Positions 36,520 through 47,704 of a stretch of 64,000 nucleotides of DNA are shown here, piece after piece. Where the stretch lies: the NCBI RefSeq assembly GCF_009914755.1, contig NC_060943.1; one strand, written 5' to 3'. The notes beneath the pieces were generated by a model. That model was not told the origin of the DNA. It saw nothing but the letters and a program-made list of their open reading frames with translations, and ran no database searches. A program made the translations under genes and the position numbers. This DNA is from the human T2T-CHM13v2.0 reference genome, Homo sapiens. The first letter of the stretch is position 1; each line of letters opens with the position of its first letter.

Positions 36520-39500
36520 CAAGTGGCTATTCAGACCTCTTTGAGGCCTTCTTTGGAAACGGGATTTCTTCATATTATGCTAGACAGAAGAATTCTCAGT
36601 AACTTCCTTGTGTTGTTTGTATTCAACTCACAGAGTGGAACGATCCTTTACACAGAGCAGACTTGAAACACTCTTTTTGTGGAATTTGCAAGTGGAGATT
36701 TCAGCCGCTTTGAGGTCAATGGTAGAAAAGGAAATATCTTCGTAAAAAAACTAGACAGAATGATTCTCAGAAACTCCTTTGTGATGTGTGCGTTCATCTC
36801 ACAGGGTTTAACCTTTCTTTTCATAGAGCAGTTAGGAAACACTCGGTTTGTAAAGTCTGCACGTGGATATTTGGACTTCTTTGAGGCCTTCGTTGGAAAC
36901 GGGTTTTTTCATGTAAGGCTAGACAGAAGAATTCTCAGTAACTTCCTTGTGTTGTGTGTATTCAACTGACAGAGTTGAACTTTCATTTAGAGAGAGCAGA
37001 TTTGTAACACTGTTTTTGTGGAATTTGCAAGTGGAGATTTCAAGCGCTTTGGGGCCAAAGGCAGAAAAGGAAATATCTTCGTATAAAAACTAGACAGAAT
37101 CATTCTCAGAAACTGCTCTGTGATGTGTGCGTTCAACTCTCAGAGTTTAACTTTTCTTTTCATTCAGCAGTTTGGAAACACTCTGTTTGTAAAGTCTGCA
37201 CGTGGATATTTTGAGCACTTGGAGGCCTTCGTTGGAAACGGGTTTTTTTCATGTAAGGCTAGACAGGAGAATTCCCAGTAACTTCCTTGTGTTGTGTGCA
37301 TTCAACTCACAGAGTTGAACGTTCCGTTAGACAGAGCAGATTTGAAATACTCTATTTGTGCAATTTGCAAGTGTAGATTTCAAGCGTTTTAAGGTCAATG
37401 GCAGAAAAGGAAATATCTTCGTATAAAAACTAGTCAGAATGATTCTCAGAAACACCTTTGTGATGTGTGCGGTCAACTCACAGAGTTTAACCTTTCTTTT
37501 CATAGAGCAGTTAGGAAGCACTCTGTTTGTAAAGTCTGCAAGTGGATATTCAGACTTCTTTGAGGCTTTCTTTGGAAACGGGATTTCTTCATCTTCTGCT
37601 AGACAGAAGATTTCTCAGAAACTTCCTTGTGTTGTGTGTATTCAACTCACAGAGTTGAACGATCCTTTACGCAGAGCAGACTTGAAACACTCTTTTTGTG
37701 GAAATTACAAGTGGAGATTTCAGCCGCTTTGATGTCAATGGTAGAATAGGAAATATCTTCCTATAGAAACTAGACAGAATGATTCTCAGAAACTCCTTTG
37801 TGATGTGTGCGTTCAACACACAGAGTATAACCTTTCTTTTCATAGAGCAGTTAGGAAACACTCTGTTTGTAAAGTCTGCAAGTGGATATTCAGACATCTT
37901 TGAGGCTTTCTTTGGAAACGTTATTTCTTCATATTCTGCTAGACAGAAGAATTCTCAGAAACTTCCTTGTGTTGTGTGTTTTCAACTCACAGAGTTGAAC
38001 GATCCTTTACGCAGAGCAGACTTGAAACACTCTTTTTGTGGAATTTGCAAGTGGAGATTTCAGCCGCTTTGAGGTCAATGGTAGAATAGGAAATATCTTC
38101 CTATAGAAACCAGACAGAATGATTCTCAGAAACTCCTTTGTGATGTGTGCGTTCAACTCACAGAGTATAACCTTTCTTTTCATAGAGCAGTTAGGAAACA
38201 CTCTGTTTGTAAAGTCTGCAAGTGGATATTCAGACCTCTTTGAGGCCTTCGTTGGAAACGGCATTTCTTCATAATATGCTAGACAGAAGAATTCTCAGTA
38301 ACTTCCTTGTGTTGTGTGTGTGCATCTCACTGAGTTGAACGATCCTTTACACAGAGCAGACTTGAAACAATCTTTTTGTGGAATTTGCAAGTGGAGATTT
38401 CAGCCGCTTTGAGGTCAATGGTAGAAAAGGAAATATCTTCGTATAAAAACTAGACAGAATGATTCTCAGAAACTCCTTTGTGATGTGTGCGTTCAAGTCA
38501 CAGAGTTTAACCTTTCTTTTCATAGAGCAGTTAGGAAACACTCTGTTTGTAAAGTCTGTAAGTGGATATTCAGACCTCTTTGAGGCCTTCGTTGGAAACG
38601 GGATTTCTTCATATTCTGCTAGACAGAAGAATTCTCAGTAACTTCCTTGTGTTGTGTGTGTTCAACTCACAGAGTTGAACGATCCTTTAGACAGAGCAGA
38701 CTAGAAACACTCTTTTTGTGGAATTTGCAAGTGGAGATTTCAGCCGCTTTGAGGTCAATGGTAGAAAAGGAAATATCTTCCCTCCTATAAAAACTAGACA
38801 GAATGATTCTCAGAAACTCCTGACACCTTGTGGCCTTCGTTAGAAACGGGATTTCTTCATATTCTGCTAGACAGAAGAATTCTCAGTAACTTCCTTGTGT
38901 TGTGTGTATTCAACTCACAGAGTTGAACGATCCTTTACACAGAGCAGACTTGAAACACTGTTTTTGTGGAATTTGCAAGTGGAGATTTCAGCCGCTTTGA
39001 GGTCAATGGTAGAAAAGGAAATATCTTCGTATAGAAACTAGACAGAATGATTCTCAGAAACTCCTTTGTGATGTGTGCGTTCAACTCACAGGGTTTAACC
39101 TTTCTTTTCATAGAGCAGTTAGGAAACACTCTGTTTGTAAAGTCTGCAAGTGGCTATTCAGACCTCTTTGAGGCCTTCTTTGGAAACGGGATTTCTTCCT
39201 ATTATGCTAGACAGAAGAATTCTCAGTAACTTCCTTGTGTTGTTTGTATTCAACTCACAGAGTGGAACGATCCTTTACACAGAGCAGACTTGAAACACTC
39301 TTTTTGTGGAATTTGCAAGTGGAGATTTCAGCCGCTTTGAGGTCAATGGTAGAAAAGGAAATATCTTCTTAAAAAAACTAGACAGAATGATTCTCAGAAA
39401 CTCCTTTGTGATGGGTGCGTTCATCTCACAGGGTTTAACCTTTCTTTTCATAGAGCAGTTAGGAACCACTCTGTTTGTAAAGTCTGCACGTGGATATTTG

Positions 39501-40500
39501 GACTTCTTTGAGGCCTTCGTTGGAAACGGGTTTTTTCATGTAAGGCTAGACAGAAGAATTCTCAGTAACTTCCTTGTGTTGTGTGTATTCAACTGACAGA
39601 GTTGAACTTTCATTTAGAGAGAGCAGATTTGTAACACTGTTTTTGTGGAATGTGCAAGTGGAGATTTCAAGCGCTTTGGGGCCAAAGGCAGAAAAGGAAA
39701 TATCTTCGTATAAAAACTAGACAGAATCATTCTCAGAAACTGCTCTGTGATGTGTGCGTTGAAGTCTCAGAGTTTAACTTTTCTTTTCATTCAGCAGTTT
39801 GGAAACACTCTGTTTGTAAAGTCTGCACGTGGATATTTTGACCACTTGGAGGCCTTCGTTGGAAACGGGTTTTTTTCATGTAAGGCTAGACAGGAGAATT
39901 CCCAGTAACTTCCTTGTGTTGTGTGCATTCAACTCACAGAGTTGAACGTTCCCTTAGACAGAGCAGATGTGAAACACTCTATTTGTGCAATTTGCAAGTG
40001 TAGATTTCAAGCGCTTTAAGGTCAATGGCAGAAAAGGAAATATCTTCGTATAAAAACTAGTCAGAATGATTCTCAGAAACTCCTTTGTGATGTGTGCGTT
40101 CAACTCACAGAGTTTAACCTTTCTTATCATAGAGCAGTTAGGAAGCACTCTGTTTGTAAAGTCTGCAAGTGGATATTCAGACTTCCTTGAGGCTTTCTTT
40201 GGAAACGGGATTTCTTCATATTCTGCTAGACAGAAGAATTCTCAGAGACTTCCTTGTGTTGTGTGTATTCAACTCACAGAGTTGAACGATCCTTTACGCA
40301 GAGCAGACTTGAAACACTCTTTTTGTGGAAATTGCAAGTGGAGATTTCAGCCGCTTTGATGTCAATGGTAGAATAGGAAATATCTTCCTATAGAAACTAG
40401 ACAGAATGATTCTCAGAAACTACTTTGTGATGTGTGCGTTCAACTCACAGAGTATAACCTTTCTTTTCTTAGAGCAGTTAGGAAACACTCTGTTTGTAAA
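36520..40500 (+). repeat. Older, imperfect duplication with offset ~2627 bp (~36520-37880 vs ~39150-40500)
   Basis: Shared private variants GTTTGTATT, GAGTGGAAC, CATCTCACAGGG, GACAGGAGAA, TAGTCAGAAT and GGAAGCACTC. ORF pairs 36648/39275 and 37327/39954. The copies differ at multiple sites. Confidence 0.75.
38781..38830 (+). other. Out-of-register ~95 bp deletion (junction 38820/38821) with a nearby 4 bp insertion
   Basis: CAGAAACTCC is joined directly to TGACACCTTGTGGCC. The expected TTTGTGATG...GGATATTC is missing. Extra CCTC at 38781-38784. The local dimer is 248 bp (ORF spacing 38347 to 38935 = 340+248). Confidence 0.92.
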
Positions 40501-40540
40501 GTCTGCAAGTGGATATTCTGACACCTTGTGGCCTTCGTTA

Positions 40541-43500
40541 GAAACGGGATTTCTTCATATTCTGCTAGACAGAAGAATTCTCAGTAACTTCCTTGTGTTG
40601 TGTGTATTCAACTCACAGAGTTGAACGATCCTTTACACAGAACAGACTTGAAACACTGTTTTTGTGGAATTTGCAAGTGGAGATTTCAGCCGCTTTGAGG
40701 TCAATGGTAGAATAGGAAATATCTTCCTATAGAAACTAGACAGAATGATTATCAGAAACTCCTTTGTGATGTGCGCGTTCAACTCACAGAGTTTAACCTT
40801 TCTTTTCATAGAGCAGTTAGGAAACACTCTGTTTGTAAAGTCTGCAAGTGGATATTCAGACCTCTTTGAGGCCTTCTTTGGAAACGGGATTTCTTCATAT
40901 TCTGCTAGACAGAAGAATTCTCAGTAACTTCCTTGTGTTGTGTGTATTCAACTCACAGAGTTGAACGATCCTTTACACAGAGCAGACTTGAAACACTCTT
41001 TTTGTGGAATTTGCAAGTGGAGATTTCAGCCGCTTTGAGGTCAATGGTAGAAAAGGAAATATCTTCGTAAAAAAACTAGACAGAATGATTATCAGAAACT
41101 CCTTTGTGATGTGCGCGTTCAACTCACAGAGTTTAACCTTTCTTTTCATAGAGCAGTTAGGAAACACTCTGTATGTAAAGTCTGCAAGTGGCTATTCAGA
41201 CCTCTTTGAGGCCTTCTTTGGAAACGGGATTTCTTCATATTATGTTAGAGAGAAGAATTCTCAGTAACTTCCTTGTGTTGTGTGTATTCAACTCACAGAG
41301 TTGAACGATCCTTTACACAGAGCAGACTTGAAACACTCTTTTTGTGGAATTTGCAAGTGGAGATTTCAGCCGCTTTGAGGTCAATGGTAGAAAAGGAAAT
41401 ATCTTCGTATAAAAACTAGACAGAATGATTCTCAGAAACTCCTTTGTGATGTGTGCGTTCAACTCACAGAGTTTAACCTTTCTTTTCATAGAGCAGTTAG
41501 GAAACACTCTGTTTGTAAAGTCTGCACGTGGATATTTGGACTTCTTTGAGGCCTTCGTTGGAAACGGGTTTTTTTCATGTAAGGCTAGACAGAAGAATTC
41601 TCAGTAACTTCCTTGTGTTGTGTGTATTCAACTGACAGAGTTGAACTTTCATTTACAGAGAGCAGATTTGTAACACTGTTTTTGTGGAATTTGCAAGTGG
41701 AGATTTCAAGCGCTTTGGAGCCAAAGGCAGAAAAGGAAATATCTTCGTATAAAAACTAGACAGAATCATTCTCAGAAACTGCTCTGTGATGTGTGCGTTC
41801 AACTCTCAGAGTTTAACTTTTCTTTTCATTCAGCAGTTTGGAAACACTCTGTTTGTAAAGTCTGCACGTGGATATTTTGACCACTTCGATGCCTTCGTTG
41901 CAAACGGGTTTTTTTCATGTAAGGCGAGACAGAAGAATTCCCAGTAACTTCCTTGTGTTGTGTGCATTCAACTCACAGTGTTGAACGTTCCCTTAGACAG
42001 AGCAGATTTGAAACACTCTATTTATGCAATTGCAAGTGTAGATTTCAAGCGCTTTAAGGTCAATGGCAGAAAAGGAAATATCTTCGTATGAAAATTAGAC
42101 AGAATGATTCTCAGAAACTCCTTTATGATGTGTGCGGTCAACTCACAGAGTTTAACCTTTCTTTTCATAGAGCAGTTAGGAAACACTCTGTTTGTAAAGT
42201 CTGTAAGTGGATATTCTGACACCTTGTGGCCTTCGTTAGAAACGGGATTTCTTCATATTCTGCTAGACAGAAGAATTCTCAGAAACTTCCTTGTGTTGTG
42301 TGTTTTCAACTCACAGAGTTGAACGATCCTTTACGCAGAGCAGACTTGAAACACTCTTTTTGTGGAATTTGCAAGTGGAGATTTCAGCCGCTGTGATGTC
42401 AATGGTAGAATAGGAAATATCGTCCTATAGAAACTAGACAGAATGATTCTCAGAAACTCCTTTGTGATGTTCGCGTTCAACTCACAGAGTTTAACCTTCC
42501 TTTTCATAGACCAGTTAGGAAACACTCTGTTTATAAAGTCTGCACGTGGATATTCAGACATCTTTGAGGCTTTCTTTGGAAACGGGATTTCTTCATATTC
42601 TGCTAGACAGAAGAATTCTCAGAAATTTCCTTGTGTTGTGTGTTTTCAACTCACAGAGTTGAACGATCCTTTACACAGAGCAGACTTGAAACACTCTTTT
42701 TGTGGAATTTGCAAGTGGAGATTTCAGCCGCTTTGAGGTCAATGGTAGAAAAGGAAATATCTTCGTATAAAAACTAGACAGAATGATTCTCAGAAACTCC
42801 TTTGTGATGTGTGCATTCAACTCACAGAGTTTAACCTTTGTTTTCATAGAGCAGTTAGGAAACACTGTGTTTGTAAAGTCTGCACGTGGATATTTTGACC
42901 ACTTAGAGGCCTTCGTTGGAAACGGGTTTTTTTCATGTAAGGCTAGACAGAAGAATTCCCAGTAATTTCCTGGTGTTGTGTGCATTCAACTCACAGAGTT
43001 GAACGTTCCCTTAGACAGAGCAGATTTGAAACACTGTATTTGTGCAATTTGCAAGTGTAGATTTCAAGCCCTTTAAGGTCAATGGCAGAAAAGGGAATAT
43101 CTTCGTTTCAAAACTAGACAGAATCATTCCCACAAACTGCATTGTGATGTGTTCGCTCAACTCACAGCGTTTAACCTTTCTGTTCATAGAGCAGTTAGGA
43201 AACACTCTGTTTGTAAAGTCTGCAAGTGGATATTCAGACCTGTTTGAGGCCTTTGTTGGAAACGGGATTTCTTCATATTATGCTAGACAGAAGAATTCTC
43301 AGTAACTTCCTTGTGTTGTGTGTATTCAACTCGCAGAGTTGAACGATCCTTTACACAGAGCAGAGTTGAAACACTCTTTTTGTGGAATTTGCAAGTGGAG
43401 ATTTCAGCCGCTTTGAGGTCAATGGTAGGATAGGAAATATCGTCCTATAGAAACTAGACAGAATGATTCTCAGAAACTCCTTTGTGATGTGTGCGTTCAA

Positions 43501-46500
43501 CTCAGAGTTTAACCTTTCTTTTCATAGAGCAGTTAGGAAACACTCTGTTTGTAAAGTCTGTAAGTGGATATTCTGACACCTTGTGGCCTTCGTTAGAAAC
43601 GGGATTTCTTCATATTCTCCTAGAAAGAAGAATTCTCAGTAACTTCCTTGTGTTGTGTGTATTCAACTAACAGAGTTGAACGATCCTTTACACAGAGCAG
43701 ACTTGAAACACTCTTTTTGTGGAATTTGCAAGTGGAGATTTCAGCCGCTTTGAGGTCAATCGTAGAAAAGGAAATATCTTCGTATAGAAACTAGAAAGAA
43801 TGATTCTCAGAAACTCCTTTGTGATGTGTGCGTTCAACACACAGGGTTTAACCTTTCTTTTCATAGAGCAGTTAGGAAACACTCTGTTTGTAAAGTCTGC
43901 AAGTGGATATTCAGACCTCCTTGGGGAGTTCGTTGGAAACGGGATTTCTTCATATTCTGCTAGACAGAAGAATTCTCAGTAACTTCCTTGTGTTGTGTGT
44001 ATTCAACTCACAGAGTTGAACGATCCTTTACACAGAACAGACTTGAAACACTGTTTTTGTGGAATTTGCAAGTGGAGATTTCAGCCGCTTTGAGGTCAAT
44101 GGTAGAATAGGAAATATCTTCCTATAGAAACTAGACAGAATGATTATCAGAAACTCCTTTGTGATGTGCGCGTTCAACTCACAGAGTTTAACCTTTCTTT
44201 TCATAGAGCAGTTAGGAAACACTCTGTTTGTAAAGTCTGCAAGTGGATATTCAGACCTCTTTGAGGCCTTCTTTGGAAACGGGATTTCTTCATATTCTGC
44301 TAGACAGAAGAATTCTCAGTAACTTCCTTGTGTTGTGTGTATTCAACTCACAGAGTTGAACGATCCTTTACACAGAGCAGACTTGAAACACTCTTTTTGT
44401 GGAATTTGCAAGTGGAGATTTCAGCCGCTTTGAGGTCAATGGTAGAAAAGGAAATATCTTCGTAAAAAAACTAGACAGAATGATTATCAGAAACTCCTTT
44501 GTGATGTGCGCGTTCAACTCACAGAGTTTAACCTTTCTTTTCATAGAGCAGTTAGGAAACACTCTGTATGTAAAGTCTGCAAGTGGCTATTCAGACCTCT
44601 TTGAGGCCTTCTTTGGAAACGGGATTTCTTCATATTATGTTAGAGAGAAGAATTCTCAGTAACTTCCTTGTGTTGTGTGTATTCAACTCACAGAGTTGAA
44701 CGATCCTTTACACAGAGCAGACTTGAAACACTCTTTTTGTGGAATTTGCAAGTGGAGATTTCAGCCGCTTTGAGGTCAATGGTAGAAAAGGAAATATCTT
44801 CGTATAAAAACTAGACAGAATGATTCTCAGAAACTCCTTTGTGATGTGTGCGTTCAACTCACAGAGTTTAACCTTTCTTTTCATAGAGCAGTTAGGAAAC
44901 ACTCTGTTTGTAAAGTCTGCACGTGGATATTTGGACTTCTTTGAGGCCTTCGTTGGAAACGGGTTTTTTTCATGTAAGGCTAGACAGAAGAATTCTCAGT
45001 AACTTCCTTGTGTTGTGTGTATTCAACTGACAGAGTTGAACTTTCATTTACAGAGAGCAGATTTGTAACACTGTTTTTGTGGAATTTGCAAGTGGAGATT
45101 TCAAGCGCTTTGGAGCCAAAGGCAGAAAAGGAAATATCTTCGTATAAAAACTAGACAGAATCATTCTCAGAAACTGCTCTGTGATGTGTGCGTTCAACTC
45201 TCAGAGTTTAACTTTTCTTTTCATTCAGCAGTTTGGAAACACTCTGTTTGTAAAGTCTGCACGTGGATATTTTGACCACTTCGATGCCTTCGTTGCAAAC
45301 GGGTTTTTTTCATGTAAGGCGAGACAGAAGAATTCCCAGTAACTTCCTTGTGTTGTGTGCATTCAACTCACAGTGTTGAACGTTCCCTTAGACAGAGCAG
45401 ATTTGAAACACTCTATTTATGCAATTGCAAGTGTAGATTTCAAGCGCTTTAAGGTCAATGGCAGAAAAGGAAATATCTTCGTATGAAAATTAGACAGAAT
45501 GATTCTCAGAAACTCCTTTATGATGTGTGCGGTCAACTCACAGAGTTTAACCTTTCTTTTCATAGAGCAGTTAGGAAACACTCTGTTTGTAAAGTCTGTA
45601 AGTGGATATTCTGACACCTTGTGGCCTTCGTTAGAAACGGGATTTCTTCATATTCTGCTAGACAGAAGAATTCTCAGAAACTTCCTTGTGTTGTGTGTTT
45701 TCAACTCACAGAGTTGAACGATCCTTTACGCAGAGCAGACTTGAAACACTCTTTTTGTGGAATTTGCAAGTGGAGATTTCAGCCGCTGTGATGTCAATGG
45801 TAGAATAGGAAATATCGTCCTATAGAAACTAGACAGAATGATTCTCAGAAACTCCTTTGTGATGTTCGCGTTCAACTCACAGAGTTTAACCTTCCTTTTC
45901 ATAGACCAGTTAGGAAACACTCTGTTTATAAAGTCTGCACGTGGATATTCAGACATCTTTGAGGCTTTCTTTGGAAACGGGATTTCTTCATATTCTGCTA
46001 GACAGAAGAATTCTCAGAAATTTCCTTGTGTTGTGTGTTTTCAACTCACAGAGTTGAACGATCCTTTACACAGAGCAGACTTGAAACACTCTTTTTGTGG
46101 AATTTGCAAGTGGAGATTTCAGCCGCTTTGAGGTCAATGGTAGAAAAGGAAATATCTTCGTATAAAAACTAGACAGAATGATTCTCAGAAACTCCTTTGT
46201 GATGTGTGCATTCAACTCACAGAGTTTAACCTTTGTTTTCATAGAGCAGTTAGGAAACACTGTGTTTGTAAAGTCTGCACGTGGATATTTTGACCACTTA
46301 GAGGCCTTCGTTGGAAACGGGTTTTTTTCATGTAAGGCTAGACAGAAGAATTCCCAGTAATTTCCTGGTGTTGTGTGCATTCAACTCACAGAGTTGAACG
46401 TTCCCTTAGACAGAGCAGATTTGAAACACTGTATTTGTGCAATTTGCAAGTGTAGATTTCAAGCCCTTTAAGGTCAATGGCAGAAAAGGGAATATCTTCG

Positions 46501-47431
46501 TTTCAAAACTAGACAGAATCATTCCCACAAACTGCATTGTGATGTGTTCGCTCAACTCACAGCGTTTAACCTTTCTGTTCATAGACCAGTTAGGAAACAC
46601 TCTGTTTGTAAAGTCTGCAAGTGGATATTCAGACCTGTTTGAGGCCTTTGTTGGAAACGGGATTTCTTCATATTATGCTAGACAGAAGAATTCTCAGTAA
46701 CTTCCTTGTGTTGTGTGTATTCAACTCGCAGAGTTGAACGATCCTTTACACAGAGCAGAGTTGAAACACTCTTTTTGTGGAATTTGCAAGTGGAGATTTC
46801 AGCCGCTTTGAGGTCAATGGTAGGATAGGAAATATCGTCCTATAGAAACTAGACAGAATGATTCTCAGAAACTCCTTTGTGATGTGTGCGTTCAACTCAG
46901 AGTTTAACCTTTCTTTTCATAGAGCAGTTAGGAAACACTCTGTTTGTAAAGTCTGTAAGTGGATATTCTGACACCTTGTGGCCTTCGTTAGAAACGGGAT
47001 TTCTTCATATTCTCCTAGAAAGAAGAATTCTCAGTAACTTCCTTGTGTTGTGTGTATTCAACTAACAGAGTTGAACGATCCTTTACACAGAGCAGACTTG
47101 AAACACTCTTTTTGTGGAATTTGCAAGTGGAGATTTCAGCCGCTTTGAGGTCAATCGTAGAAAAGGAAATATCTTCGTATAGAAACTAGAAAGAATGATT
47201 CTCAGAAACTCCTTTGTGATGTGTGCGTTCAACACACAGGGTTTAACCTTTCTTTTCATAGAGCAGTTAGGAAACACTCTGTTTGTAAAGTCTGCAAGTG
47301 GATATTCAGACCTCCTTGGGGAGTTCGTTGGAAACGGGATTTCTTCATATTCTGCTAGACAGAAGAATTCTCAGTAACTTCCTTGTGTTGTGTGTATTCA
47401 ACTCACAGAGTTGAACGATCCTTTACACAGA
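40541..47431 (+). repeat. Near-identical tandem duplication, period 3395 bp (20 monomers)
   Basis: ORF-track entries from 40633 to 43800 recur at +3395. Shared private variants include CTCCTTGGGGAGTTCG and CACTTCGATGCC. One difference seen: 43191 G vs 46586 C. Confidence 0.93.
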
Positions 47432-47704
47432 GCAGACTTGAAACACACTTTTTGTGGAATTAGCAAGTGGAGATTTCAGCCGCTTTGAGGTCATTGGTAG
47501 AAAAGGAAATATCTTCGTATAAAAACTAGACAGAATGATTCTCAGAAACTCCTTTGTGATGTGTGCTTTGAACTCACAGAGTTTAACCTTTCCTTTCATA
47601 GAGCAGTGAGGAAACACTCTGTTTGTTAAGTCTGCAAGTGGATATTCAGACCTCTTTGAGGCCTTCGTTGGAAAGGGGATTTCTTCATATTCTGCTAGAC
47701 AGAA

